Under the pieces are notes generated by a model. The model had not been told where the DNA came from and made no database searches. It saw nothing but the letters and a program-made list of their open reading frames with translations. Positions 1 through 9,659 of a DNA stretch of 57,954 nucleotides are shown piece after piece; within the stretch, counting starts at the first letter, position 1, and each line of letters opens with the position of its first letter. The position numbers and the translations under genes were made by a program. Origin of the DNA: a virus (taxonomy: Duplodnaviria; Caudoviricetes); IMG/VR virus record IMGVR_UViG_3300029171_000007, positions 1-57,954 of that record. The stretch is one strand, 5' to 3'.

Positions 1-26
1 GTTTCCCAGTCACGATCAGACAAAGC
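1..26 (+). other. Library artefact: random-amplification primer GTTTCCCAGTCACGATC plus N9
   Basis: Bases 1-17 match the Round A/B (SISPA-type) primer. Bases 18-26 (AGACAAAGC) match genomic 57837-57845 (TGACACAGC) with 2 mismatches, as expected for a random nonamer. Confidence 0.9.
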
Positions 27-135
27 AAGACCAACAAGCAGTCACAATCATTGTGCGCAAGCTGGAGACAGCCCAAGGGAAGGCTAAGGCCGTGACCAAT
101 GGCGACCTTCGCAAGTACCTGGCAAACTACAACCT
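24..135 (+). repeat. Terminal direct repeat (circular assembly overlap), copy 1
   Basis: 112 bp identical to 57843-57954; implies a circle of 57,819 bp. Confidence 0.95.
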
Positions 136-613
136 ATTTTTGCCTGATAGGACTATCCGAGAAATCGTGATGAGGCTGCGGATTTCGGGCCGCATAAAAA
201 TGCTTTGCGCCACGACCACGGGGAAGAAGAGCGGTTACTACATTGCCACCGATAGACAAGAGGCGTGGGAGTACATCAAACGGTTGAAGTCGAGAATGGA
301 CAGCGTGAGCAAGACGCACGCGGCTTTGGTGAAGCAGTTTCACCAAGCCTTCAATCTGTCCATCCCGTTCGAGGAACCGTTGTCACAAGAGGTTATATTG
401 TCGTGCGGCTTCCGTGCCACGTCCGTGGTCGGTTTCTTCGTCATGGACCGCCAAGAGCTCGGGGGCTACACAATCATCATCAAGAAGTCCAAGAACCCCA
501 TAGACAGCCAACACGGCGTTTTCAAGGGCGACACGCTTTTAAAAATCATCAACACCAGAGGGGAACTGCTTGACGCGGTGGCCTTTCTTACAAACCAACC
601 TCAACCACGATGA
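53..613 (+). CDS. Hypothetical protein, possible winged-helix N-terminus; true start is ATG 57836 across the circular junction
   Basis: ORF continues in frame from MTQQDQQAVTIIV at 57836. PDRTIREIVMRLR...GYYIAT resembles small phage wHTH proteins. Confidence 0.6.
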   Translation: MRKLETAQGKAKAVTNGDLRKYLANYNLFLPDRTIREIVMRLRISGRIKMLCATTTGKKSGYYIATDRQEAWEYIKRLKSRMDSVSKTHAALVKQFHQAFNLSIPFEEPLSQEVILSCGFRATSVVGFFVMDRQELGGYTIIIKKSKNPIDSQHGVFKGDTLLKIINTRGELLDAVAFLTNQPQPR

Positions 614-882
614 TCAAGTTTCTGTTTTACATGCTGCTTGGTGGCCTTGGCTACTTTGCATTTTTCGGTGACGCTATCTTGCCGTCTCCCATCCCTCCGC
701 AGAACCTCAAGTATGAGGCGTGCATTGTCTTCAAGAAGGATAGTTGCATGTGCGACCATGAGAATCAGATGGAAGCAAAGGACACGCTCCGCTATCTTTA
801 TGAGCACCCATTTTTTAACAGGTGGCACGAAAGGGGACGCGGGAAGTTCTTTGTTGTGGCCCCACAAAAAACCGCGCTATGA
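610..882 (+). CDS. Small membrane-anchored hypothetical protein
   Basis: N-terminal hydrophobic helix; ATGA overlap with upstream gene; TCAACCAC at 601-608. Confidence 0.65.
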   Translation: MIKFLFYMLLGGLGYFAFFGDAILPSPIPPQNLKYEACIVFKKDSCMCDHENQMEAKDTLRYLYEHPFFNRWHERGRGKFFVVAPQKTAL

Positions 883-1481
883 GGGGAATAATGTTTTCAA
901 GTGAATTCGGTATGCACCAAGCGGCCGTCGCTGGTACCAAGACCAGGACGCGCAGGATTTACACCGAATCGGCCCGCTCGTATAGAGTAGGGGAGGTTCT
1001 TTATGTGAAGGAACCCTATTTCCTTGAACAGCGGTTTGATTTGCTCAGGCCCAAGCAGGTCTTTTGCTATGACGACACTGCCCTGCCGCGCATCCATTAC
1101 GCAAATGATGGGCTATACCTTGGCTCCGATGTGTGCTTTGGGAAGGAACGAAACAAAATGTTTATGCCTGAAAACCTTGCCCGGTACCACATCGAAATCA
1201 CGGCCAAGCAATTCTGCTACTTGCAGAACATCACCGACGAGGAGTGCATCAAGGAGGGTATTGGCGTGCTTATCGAACGCCCAAAGCTTGGCGACAAAGC
1301 TCCATTCAAACTTGGCGAAGAGAGAGCGATGTATAAGAACTACGAGCGTGGCCACGAGCATCAATTTTTCAAAGAGCCTCAGCTATCCTATAAATCCCTC
1401 TGGGAGCGTATCAACGGGAAGGGTTCATGGGAACAAAACCCCATGGTCTGGGACTATGAATTCAAATTGATCACTGATTAA
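879..1481 (+). CDS. ASCH/PUA-like domain phage protein
   Basis: GTKTRTRR, GEVLYVKEP, MFMPENLAR, LQNITDEECIKEG and WEQNPMVW..F motifs typical of phage ASCH-like proteins. Start at ATG 879 (ATGA overlap). Confidence 0.7.
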   Translation: MRGIMFSSEFGMHQAAVAGTKTRTRRIYTESARSYRVGEVLYVKEPYFLEQRFDLLRPKQVFCYDDTALPRIHYANDGLYLGSDVCFGKERNKMFMPENLARYHIEITAKQFCYLQNITDEECIKEGIGVLIERPKLGDKAPFKLGEERAMYKNYERGHEHQFFKEPQLSYKSLWERINGKGSWEQNPMVWDYEFKLITD

Positions 1482-1491
1482 ACCACCTGAT

Positions 1492-1854
1492 ATGTGCAGC
1501 AACTTGCCTCCAGTTGAGCTTACAAAGTGCCCTGAGCATCCACAAGGCCATTCAAAGATTGTCTATATTGGCACCACAGAGGAAGACTTTTGGGTGCAAA
1601 TTCAACGGCGCTTTTACAGCATGACGTTTGTGGCCATTGACACAAAGGTCAGGAAGGTAGGGCTTGAGCAAAGAAATGGCATGAAGTACGAATTCTACTG
1701 CCCCGAATCCTTTGACATAGAAAGCATCGACCCCACCGTTGAGCTTTATGTATTTGCTGCCGGAGAAATGAACCTCAAGGACGGGGAGTTGCGAAACCTG
1801 AGCATTATTGAACTTAGGCCCCAAATCATGCCAAAGAAAGAGTACAAATTTTAA
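1492..1854 (+). CDS. Hypothetical protein
   Basis: 120-aa ORF tightly packed in the operon. Confidence 0.6.
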   Translation: MCSNLPPVELTKCPEHPQGHSKIVYIGTTEEDFWVQIQRRFYSMTFVAIDTKVRKVGLEQRNGMKYEFYCPESFDIESIDPTVELYVFAAGEMNLKDGELRNLSIIELRPQIMPKKEYKF

Positions 1855-1880
1855 ATAATTGTTCACAAAAAATATCAGTT

Positions 1881-2264
1881 ATGAATTTCAGTCCTAAACT
1901 AAAGAACGCAATGGCACAGGTCGAGAAGGTGCTAAAAGAACATGATATAGCTGGTATTGTCGTGCTGCATACCCCCGGCTTTGGCGAGTTCAAAGTGTTC
2001 ACGGAAGCATCGTATTCTTTGCTAAGTGCGGATGGAAACAAAGGCTACAGATTGCGTTATACTCCAACGATGGCCAAGGACATTGCAGAGAAAAACGAGC
2101 TAAAGGCCAAGTTGACCAAGACGTTGAACATGGTCAAGGTATTGTCTGACAATGGAGGCGCAATATCTCTTGGCTTGATGGACTTGCACGATAAGCTATC
2201 TAAAAAACTGGAAATAGAGCACACGGGCGGTAAATGGACGTTCGACGATGAAATTTATAATTAA
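1881..2264 (+). CDS. Hypothetical protein
   Basis: 127-aa ORF with AT-rich leader. Confidence 0.65.
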   Translation: MNFSPKLKNAMAQVEKVLKEHDIAGIVVLHTPGFGEFKVFTEASYSLLSADGNKGYRLRYTPTMAKDIAEKNELKAKLTKTLNMVKVLSDNGGAISLGLMDLHDKLSKKLEIEHTGGKWTFDDEIYN

Positions 2265-2286
2265 ATCAGCTATTTAAATAACCAAT

Positions 2287-2994
2287 ATGAAAAAACCTAC
2301 CAAGAAGTTAATTCGGACGTTGCATAACGAAGTGCCAGCCATTGCAAAGAAAATCCCCGTGAACATGACGGCCGTTGCGGTCGTGCTGAAGTACTCAGGC
2401 GCCGAAATTATTAAGCGCATGGAGGATGAAAACAAGGAGCCAAAAATAAATGGCAAGCCCATTGATCCCAAGGCGGTCTATACCTCCACCGAATGGAAGT
2501 TTGAAAAGATTGACCACGCCCGCAAACTCCATCAGTTCGTGAAGGCTCACGGCGAAAGGGCCGTTGAAGAATACATGGCTTTCCTCCGCCACAATAAGGC
2601 CAAGATGGAACGCATGTTCCCCGCGCAATTCGGGCCAAAAGAAACCAAGCATCCCATTCCAGAGGGGCAAATGTCCATGCAGGAAATCGCGGAGAGTGGC
2701 GACGTGAAGATGAAGTTTGCCAAGGGTGAAAGAGTCTATCCAGCGCCTGCTGATCCTTTACTTGCCGTTGATGAAATCATTGATGGCATCTCCGAGGATG
2801 CACCGGAGGAATTGAAAGAAGCCGCCAAGAAGACTAGGGCGGTAATCGGAAAGGCCGCAAAGCTCATTGACGGGATCAATCGCAGCGCGCTGGACTCAGA
2901 GGCCGCAGCGGACAACATTGACGGACTTTCCAAAGCTGTCAAGGAAGGCAGAAAGCCACGCACGCGCAAAGTAATCGGAGACCCAACCAACTAA
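2287..2994 (+). CDS. Hypothetical protein
   Basis: 235-aa ORF, protein-like composition, co-oriented. Confidence 0.7.
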   Translation: MKKPTKKLIRTLHNEVPAIAKKIPVNMTAVAVVLKYSGAEIIKRMEDENKEPKINGKPIDPKAVYTSTEWKFEKIDHARKLHQFVKAHGERAVEEYMAFLRHNKAKMERMFPAQFGPKETKHPIPEGQMSMQEIAESGDVKMKFAKGERVYPAPADPLLAVDEIIDGISEDAPEELKEAAKKTRAVIGKAAKLIDGINRSALDSEAAADNIDGLSKAVKEGRKPRTRKVIGDPTN

Positions 2995-3108
2995 TTATAA
3001 TTAAAATAATTCTTTGGGATGCAACCAAATTTGCACATTTGCAATTATATTTGCATTCGCGATTATATCCGTCCAAGATTTTTCTTTCACCAAACCCCCA
3101 ATTTTAAC

Positions 3109-3471
3109 ATGAAGATGACTCGCGTCTTTCTCGTCTTAGGGATGTTCCTGTGCATGGCCGGAACCTCCTTTGTCATGGCTTCGCCTTTGCGCGACAAGCC
3201 TCAAGTGGAGTTCGTCACTCCCACCATGCTCGTGGCTTCCGACCTTCATTGCGTCGAAGCGCAACCAATTGTTTACCATGTGGTCGCAGATGTCGCCCCC
3301 ATCAATGAATATACCGCCGTAGGCTTCGTGGCCACGGTCAAATATGAATTGAGAACCTGGGCGCCTTTGCAATCGCGATGGCATAGTTGCAGGGCCAGCG
3401 AGCAAGGATTCAAGTTACAGCTCTATGAGAACAGTTCGCTGAATCACCCGCGCATCAGGTACTTGTCATAA
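3109..3471 (+). CDS. Putative secreted hypothetical protein
   Basis: Signal-peptide-like MKMTRVFLVLGMFLCMAG...; a TATATTTG promoter box lies upstream near 3047. Confidence 0.55.
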   Translation: MKMTRVFLVLGMFLCMAGTSFVMASPLRDKPQVEFVTPTMLVASDLHCVEAQPIVYHVVADVAPINEYTAVGFVATVKYELRTWAPLQSRWHSCRASEQGFKLQLYENSSLNHPRIRYLS

Positions 3472-3512
3472 AGTGGGAGCGAATGGCCCTACTGTAAATA
3501 CAGACGAAAATT

Positions 3513-3549
3513 AAATCCGTTGTTCCTCGTGGGGCAACGGATTTTTTTA
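3513..3549. terminator. Intrinsic terminator between convergent genes
   Basis: AAATCCGTTG...CAACGGATTT stem followed by a T-tract. Confidence 0.75.
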
Positions 3550-5079
3550 TTACCCTGATTTCACACTTGCCTTGGCCTTCCCTGTTCCCCGGAGTTCAAA
3601 GACCATGCGCATCATCACCATGTCGCCGTAGTCGGGCGATCTGCCACCAAGTTTATTTTTGATTTCCTCCTTTGAAAGTATCCTCAATTTGCTCACTCCG
3701 TCGTGCGGCTTCTTCCGTGTGGCGTGAAGCTCTTCCACGATGGCACTTGCACAAGAATCATCCTCGATGTACATCTCATAGTTGTTGATGATAGGCCCCA
3801 GTTCGTAGTAGCACTGCGTGCGTAGGTTCTGGTAGTTCGGCATCTTCTCGTGCAAGGCCTTGGCCTTGATGGACTGGATGGGGGAACCGCCACCGTGGAA
3901 GGAATAGGCTGATTTCAAGAAGCCCTTTATGAAGCCGCCAACTCCATCGCTGTCATAGCAGATATTGGAATGGGGTACGCCCCAATCTTTTGCGAGCTTC
4001 AGTATGAGGTTCAATACCTCCTTTCCGTCGCTCTTGTCCACGCTCACGACCTTTTTGAGCCTCCACCCCCACCATATACCAATCACAAACTTATCGCTCC
4101 CCTCAAGGGCAATATCGGCCGTGAGGTATTTGTCGCTGGCAGATTTCCCGTTGTCGATAAAATCATTCGTGAACAGGTCACGCAGCGCCGAATACTGGTA
4201 TATCTGGTCTTCCCCTTCTTGGAGCTTCCAGCACCCGCCCAACAACTTTACCTTTTCCTCGTTGCTCAGGGCCATCAGGTTGCCAAGATAGCCGGGGTTG
4301 GAGGCCAATAGGAATTTGTTCTGGTAGATAGTGCCAGGAATAAACGTCAGCGACTTCACCAAGCTGTCGGGGTTCACCTTGGATTCAAGCAGCGCTTGGA
4401 GCATGGTCGAATTCATGAACGTGTCCGGGCACTTCTCCATCACTTCTTCCTTGGTGTCCCCCCAAATGTATCGGTCGTTTTCTTGGATGAAATACCGAAT
4501 AATTCCCGCACGCTCTGGGCGTGGGTAGCCCTGCAAAGACTCAATGTGGTAATCGTCCGGGTATAACCACCAACCGATCATCTCCTTGACCCATCCAAAG
4601 GACTGTGGGTTGCACGTGGCCCTTATGTACGGCTTTATCCCGCACGTCGAACGGTTACGGGAGAGGAGGTAGAAAAACTGGTTCTTGGTGAAGTGTGTGA
4701 GCTCATCCCAACCGATGAACGGAATCTCGGCCCCTTGATAGTCGAACGAGTTGGCCTCATGCTGAAGGTGACGGAACTGAATCTTTGCCCCACTTGAAAA
4801 CCTCCAGAGGTTGTTGCCGGCCACTGGCACCGGCGCGTCGTTCAATTCCGTATAGACTTTCACGGAGCCATCCCAAAGACCGCCCGGAGCGGTGATCTGT
4901 GGAGTGGTGCGACGGAAGATGATGGCCGAGAAGTCCTTGATGTCCGTGAACCTCAGCGGCTCCAAGAGCAAAGCAAAGGACTTGCCCGCCCCAGCTGCCC
5001 CACCGCCTATCACGATGTCGGCAGGCGACGAAAGGAAGTCGTTCTGGAATCCCTCTTGTGGCTTAATTTCCTTCCTCAT
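3550..5079 (-). CDS. terL: Terminase large subunit
   Basis: Walker A GGAAGAGKS, Walker B WDELTHF, ATCNP coupling motif, RNase H-like ADIA..G.D and SPDYGD. Confidence 0.95.
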   Translation of the reverse strand: MRKEIKPQEGFQNDFLSSPADIVIGGGAAGAGKSFALLLEPLRFTDIKDFSAIIFRRTTPQITAPGGLWDGSVKVYTELNDAPVPVAGNNLWRFSSGAKIQFRHLQHEANSFDYQGAEIPFIGWDELTHFTKNQFFYLLSRNRSTCGIKPYIRATCNPQSFGWVKEMIGWWLYPDDYHIESLQGYPRPERAGIIRYFIQENDRYIWGDTKEEVMEKCPDTFMNSTMLQALLESKVNPDSLVKSLTFIPGTIYQNKFLLASNPGYLGNLMALSNEEKVKLLGGCWKLQEGEDQIYQYSALRDLFTNDFIDNGKSASDKYLTADIALEGSDKFVIGIWWGWRLKKVVSVDKSDGKEVLNLILKLAKDWGVPHSNICYDSDGVGGFIKGFLKSAYSFHGGGSPIQSIKAKALHEKMPNYQNLRTQCYYELGPIINNYEMYIEDDSCASAIVEELHATRKKPHDGVSKLRILSKEEIKNKLGGRSPDYGDMVMMRMVFELRGTGKAKASVKSG

Positions 5080-5785
5080 TCTTGATGGCCTTTTCTATCA
5101 TACTCTTTAGCTTCGCCTCGTCGAACGTGTCCTGTTTCTCGCGCTGGTTGGATGGCAGTATGACGATACTCCCCTCCTTGGCCGTCACGTTCACCTGTAT
5201 TTGTTTGAGGCCCCTCAAATCTGCCTCTTGGTCCATCGCCTTCATGATGAGGCGGTAATACGCGGGATTGCCACAGCCTTCGGTTTCCTCCAACTTTTGC
5301 TCGATAAGGTCGGGCAAATCCTCCCCGGTGTCCTGCTCCTTGTTGAACCCCACTTTGTTTTTCTTGACTGCCTTGGATGACTTCTTGGTTTTCTTCTCCA
5401 TGCTCTTCCAAAGGTCATCATAGATGTGGTGCTTCAGTTCTTGGTTCTCCGCTAATAGGCGCATGCGATGGGCCTCCAAGTCCTCCTTGCACTTCTCCAT
5501 CACCTGACGGGTCAGGTTCTGAATGTCGTACTGGACGGTCATGTGGGAGAAAGAGTACGGCCGGTCTGGCATGGCGTTCATCTCGGCGGCTATTCGCCGG
5601 GGGTTGCGGATTCCCCTGAGCAAATAATCCTTGATGATCTCCATGTCGAGGGCCTTCTGTTCCTTCGTCCGCACCGGGCCGCCCAATGCCATTTCCCCAC
5701 GTGGACGGTGGGTCTTGCGGCGTGAACCCTCTTTGTTTCGAAGGGTCACGCGCTCGGACGTGGTCATCTTTTTTTTACTCCCCAT
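5063..5785 (-). CDS. Probable terminase small subunit
   Basis: Directly upstream of and overlapping terL; N-terminal HTH-like segment; C-terminal IVILPSNQR-type tail. Confidence 0.6.
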   Translation of the reverse strand: MGSKKKMTTSERVTLRNKEGSRRKTHRPRGEMALGGPVRTKEQKALDMEIIKDYLLRGIRNPRRIAAEMNAMPDRPYSFSHMTVQYDIQNLTRQVMEKCKEDLEAHRMRLLAENQELKHHIYDDLWKSMEKKTKKSSKAVKKNKVGFNKEQDTGEDLPDLIEQKLEETEGCGNPAYYRLIMKAMDQEADLRGLKQIQVNVTAKEGSIVILPSNQREKQDTFDEAKLKSMIEKAIKNEEGN

Positions 5786-6347
5786 CGTTTTTTATTTCGC
5801 CGGCATCCCATGACTGGGAAAAGTCGGAGTTGACAATAATGGATGAACGTGCCACGCCGTTGCTCATGGCCAGCCTTATCACTTCTTCTTCGTCCATGCC
5901 CATACCCGCCATAATGTCGCCAAGGTTCACGCCCTTCTCAAGCAGCTTGGTCACTATGTCGGCCATCTTCTGGACGCTGTGTATCCCCTTGGCGCGGTTC
6001 ATCATCACCGTGACCATTTCGACGTCCTTTCTGTCAATCACGACGATGGGAACAAAGCCATCTGTCAAACCTCCAACGTTCGGCTTCCCGGAAGTCTTGT
6101 GTCGGTGGAAGCCGTCAACGATGTCGAACCTTGTGGAGGATGTCGCCTCGCAGTGCGTGCCAAGGTTGATGATATTGAACGGGCCTTGTGCCACGGCTAT
6201 GATGGGAAATACCCACCCGAGTTTCATCAGGGAGAATTCCAACAACTCCATCTCCGTCGCCGGCACATGGTTGGGGTTGTAAGTATTGGGGTCAAGCTGG
6301 TCACGGTGTACCCATATCACCCGTGACAGTGGTTGTTCTTGAATCAT
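5775..6347 (-). CDS. IbrB/YbdM-like ParB/Srx-domain protein
   Basis: VIWVHRDQLDPNTYNPNHV, IVDGFHR, NRAKGIH motifs. Start ATG 6347 overlaps the stop of the upstream IbrA-like gene. Confidence 0.85.
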   Translation of the reverse strand: MIQEQPLSRVIWVHRDQLDPNTYNPNHVPATEMELLEFSLMKLGWVFPIIAVAQGPFNIINLGTHCEATSSTRFDIVDGFHRHKTSGKPNVGGLTDGFVPIVVIDRKDVEMVTVMMNRAKGIHSVQKMADIVTKLLEKGVNLGDIMAGMGMDEEEVIRLAMSNGVARSSIIVNSDFSQSWDAGEIKNDGE

Positions 6348-7567
6348 TGTAGGAGCTGTGGTTTTTGTAACTTGTACGTTTCTGTGGCCTGTAAGTTCAT
6401 CACCTCGGCCATGGTCAAGCCTTGGCGCTCCCTTTCCTTCTCCCCCTCCATTTGCATGCCCTGGGCGATACGGCGTTTGAAGTCGCCACGGATGGCCACC
6501 TTTGCCAAAAACTTCCAGCTGCACCCGGAGAGCATGTCGGGGGTTTCCTCTTGGATGTCCAAGATTGATTTGCGGTGGTGAAGGTCAACGAGGGAATTGA
6601 TATGGTCAACGACCATCTGGTATTCGTCGCCCCTGTAGTTGTCAAGGATGACGTTTATCCATTTGCGCCACGTCCACCCATCTGGGGGGCTGTCCATACG
6701 GACGGAGTAGAGCGGGGTATTGGCGTAAAGGTAAGCGGCCCTCACTCCTGGCACTCGCTTGAGCATCTTGTCCCACATTTCGGGGAAGCACTCCGGGTAA
6801 ATGGAGAGGCCGCGGATTGGTTCTTCCCCGAACGGTTGGCAGATACGTTGCTGGAGCAACTTCCCACCGAGTGAGGAGGTGAGGTTGTAGATGTCATAGG
6901 TGCGGTTATAATCCCACCCAAACTTGGAGACGCCCACCCAAACGTCGTTGGATGACCAATCGTAGATTGGATGCGCCTTGAACACTTGGCCCTTTATCCC
7001 TTCCCCCTTGGTGGTAATGTAGTTGTCGTTCTTCTTCTGGGTGACGACACGGTAACGCCGTAGGCTCTCCTGCGTGCGGATGCCGGTGAGGACGCAAACC
7101 TTTCCTTCCTCGGGCTCGAACCAATCCGCGAAAAACTCCTGATAGGATTGGCCTTGTTTGAACCGTGGATGTTCCAGTATTGCGCCCTCCGGCAGCGGTC
7201 GCACCCAAATATCCTCTTTGCCCCGTTCCCAGCACCACCAGTAAGGCTCACGGTTGGAGCAGGCGTTACGGTGCTGGACTGGCAGGCAGATCCATTTGAA
7301 ATCAAGTTCGGGCATTTGTGCCACACGATGGCAGTATTCAACGGTGGGTGGGGGTATGGCCTCTTCGTCGTAGAAGTGCACCTCCAAGGGCAAACGGCCT
7401 AACTTCCGGGCAACTTCCAAGGTAAGGTTTAGGACGGCCGTGCTGTCCTTTCCCCCGCTGAAGCTCACCACCACTTTGTCGTATTGACGGAAGAGGTATT
7501 CTATCCTCTGCAAAGCGGAGTGATAAACGTTTAGCCCGTTGTATTGTTTTTGCCTGACCCTTGCCAT
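6344..7567 (-). CDS. IbrA/YbdN-like PAPS-reductase-family (PP-loop) protein with DUF3440-type C-terminus
   Basis: SFSGGKDS PP-loop, GIRTQESLRR, PIYDWS, RICQPFG, WDKMLKRVPG motifs. Confidence 0.88.
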   Translation of the reverse strand: MARVRQKQYNGLNVYHSALQRIEYLFRQYDKVVVSFSGGKDSTAVLNLTLEVARKLGRLPLEVHFYDEEAIPPPTVEYCHRVAQMPELDFKWICLPVQHRNACSNREPYWWCWERGKEDIWVRPLPEGAILEHPRFKQGQSYQEFFADWFEPEEGKVCVLTGIRTQESLRRYRVVTQKKNDNYITTKGEGIKGQVFKAHPIYDWSSNDVWVGVSKFGWDYNRTYDIYNLTSSLGGKLLQQRICQPFGEEPIRGLSIYPECFPEMWDKMLKRVPGVRAAYLYANTPLYSVRMDSPPDGWTWRKWINVILDNYRGDEYQMVVDHINSLVDLHHRKSILDIQEETPDMLSGCSWKFLAKVAIRGDFKRRIAQGMQMEGEKERERQGLTMAEVMNLQATETYKLQKPQLLQ

Positions 7568-8157
7568 TCGTGTATGCCGTTTAATGGTTCGGCCCCTTCA
7601 AAGGGCTTGCTGCAAAAGTACACGCTTTCGCCGACAATACGCAAATATAATGGTAATTCATTATTGGAAAGTACGGCGGCATCTTTGTGCTCGTCGTAGA
7701 TGGCCAGCGCGTGGGGCAGGTCGAAGGACTTTAGGAACTCCATGCCGCCCTTGACGTACTCCAGTAGAAGGGCCTCGGAATCTACGTTGGTGATTGGCTT
7801 GTGGCTGTAGTGGGCAAAGCTCTCTTTGTACTGTGGGAAGTTCCCGTTGTGGACGAGGTGGAACATGTCCAAGAACAGGGGCTGGGCGTCGTTCTCCCTA
7901 TTGTCGATTTCGCCGGAAGTGGCAAGCCTCGCATGGCCAAAGACAACGCAAGGCTTATTCTCCAGTGCCAGGATCCGACCCAATATCGAGGGGTCTTGTG
8001 CCAACCTGTAGTTCTGGTGCATGGTGGCAAGCCAATTGGGTTTGCCGAATGCCATCCCGAAACCATGGCCACCGCGTTCGTCCGCTTTAGTGGCGATGTC
8101 CGTCAAGATGCTTTCGTCTGGGAAAGAGTTGCCGAAATGGCCGAAAATTCCGCACAT
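7531..8157 (-). CDS. Class II (Ntn) glutamine amidotransferase
   Basis: N-terminal MCGIFG (catalytic Cys), RGGHGFG, GHARLATSG, HNG, TNVDSE. Start set at ATG 8157. Confidence 0.88.
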   Translation of the reverse strand: MCGIFGHFGNSFPDESILTDIATKADERGGHGFGMAFGKPNWLATMHQNYRLAQDPSILGRILALENKPCVVFGHARLATSGEIDNRENDAQPLFLDMFHLVHNGNFPQYKESFAHYSHKPITNVDSEALLLEYVKGGMEFLKSFDLPHALAIYDEHKDAAVLSNNELPLYLRIVGESVYFCSKPFEGAEPLNGIHEWQGSGKNNTTG

Positions 8158-8158
8158 A

Positions 8159-8953
8159 TCAGAGGTTGTTTTTGAACAGGAATGAATTGGCACTTTTGAT
8201 GTATTTGGCCGCACGTTCGACGATTGTGGGGTCGATGTCCCAAAGCTCGCGCCATCCGTTTTCTATGCTGCCAGTCCATTGCCTCGCGGCCCAGTTTCCC
8301 GTTCCCACGATGAAGCCATTGGGCCACGAATAGCAGGGGGCGTATTTGAGGCCCTTGTAATGGATGACGGCCAAGACGTGTTCGTGTTTCCATTCGGACA
8401 TGGGCGAGTATCTCACAACGCCATCGGACTGATATAGGTTGGTGTACCGGTCGGGGCCGACGTAGTTGCCGTCCTGCCTTCTTCTACCGGTGGCCAATAT
8501 GTCGAGGCGCTTTTCTTTGAAGAATGTTTCCTGGGCATTGTGCTGCACCAGCTTGAACCAACGCGCGGCCGTGCGGGAATCTGACGGGAACAACATGTCC
8601 AAATTGCTGGACAACCATTTCATGGTATGCCCGGAGTTGTGGACATTAAGGCCACCGGGCATGTTGTCGGTGACGAACTTCAAAAAAGCGGGATACTCCA
8701 AATCATCCGTCATCCCCAACACGCATTCGGGATGGCCCAATTCTTCCATCATCCACTGGAGCGGCATAGAATCCTTGCCACCTGACCACGCGAAGCCGGC
8801 ACGGGAATTCCCAAGCACGTTCTTCATCTCCTCCATGGTCTTGTCCAATAGGTTGTCGCACTCTTGCAAGCTGACATAAGATTCAATCGAATCCCTGACG
8901 GAGCAAAAGCGGTCGTGCATTTCTGCCTGCTTCTTTTTGAGGATAAGTTTCAT
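8159..8953 (-). CDS. PP-loop adenine nucleotide alpha-hydrolase / PAPS-reductase-like protein
   Basis: AWSGGKDS, TGRRRQDGN, SPMSEWKHEHV motifs. Confidence 0.82.
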   Translation of the reverse strand: MKLILKKKQAEMHDRFCSVRDSIESYVSLQECDNLLDKTMEEMKNVLGNSRAGFAWSGGKDSMPLQWMMEELGHPECVLGMTDDLEYPAFLKFVTDNMPGGLNVHNSGHTMKWLSSNLDMLFPSDSRTAARWFKLVQHNAQETFFKEKRLDILATGRRRQDGNYVGPDRYTNLYQSDGVVRYSPMSEWKHEHVLAVIHYKGLKYAPCYSWPNGFIVGTGNWAARQWTGSIENGWRELWDIDPTIVERAAKYIKSANSFLFKNNL

Positions 8954-8966
8954 CCCGCCAAGATAA

Positions 8967-9659
8967 TCATTTTGTTTGGATATGCGGCAACTTTGACGCG
9001 CTCACGCCTTCCACGATGGTGCGGTTTATCATCGGATGGTCCTCGTCACGCGGCCCAAAATCGCTGTCGGGATGGAACGCGATGACGTCCATGTGCGAAT
9101 CCACCGTGACGAACTTGTGCGGGCCATCCTTGGCAATCAGGAAGTACATCCCCGGTTCCAACGGATATTTGCCCCAAGGCGTCTCGCAAACACCAGACCC
9201 GCCCACGATCATCCCCAACCTCAAAGATGGGTGCGTGTGCATGGTCTGGTTTATCTTTGCGGGAAAATGCAGATGGTTGAGGCATGGGTCGCCCATCTTC
9301 ACGGGTGGAATCAAAAGCGAGTCCGTGCATCCGTCGATGTATTTTAGGCGCCCTTCCTTTTCGATGGGGCCGCCAATCATCGGCATGCACTTGTGCCCCT
9401 CAATCTCTATAATGAAACCACTGGCCCCATTGATGGCGAACGCTTCCGACAACGCGAAGAACATGCCCCCCGTCAAATCGGACGCGCATTGGTTGGAATA
9501 GCGGTGAAGGCCCGCTTTGCTGCTCGATACGAACCCGAAATAGGACACGTCCGAAACTGGCTCCACGAACGACCTCATCCACCCATGAAGGCGGTGGAAC
9601 TTGATGCCGTCCACTCCTGGCCACTCACGGTTGTTCAAAAGGAAAAACGACTGCTCCAT
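8967..9659 (-). CDS. Cupin-domain protein
   Basis: QTMHTHPSLRLGMIVGGSG...LEPG...H.F cupin metal-binding pattern. Confidence 0.78.
   Translation of the reverse strand: MEQSFFLLNNREWPGVDGIKFHRLHGWMRSFVEPVSDVSYFGFVSSSKAGLHRYSNQCASDLTGGMFFALSEAFAINGASGFIIEIEGHKCMPMIGGPIEKEGRLKYIDGCTDSLLIPPVKMGDPCLNHLHFPAKINQTMHTHPSLRLGMIVGGSGVCETPWGKYPLEPGMYFLIAKDGPHKFVTVDSHMDVIAFHPDSDFGPRDEDHPMINRTIVEGVSASKLPHIQTK

Noticed and set aside
7531-8953. Gat-QueC / 7-deazaguanine pathway
   Set aside because: No QueC zinc-binding Cys cluster in the PP-loop protein, and no FolE, QueD, QueE or DpdA recognised.
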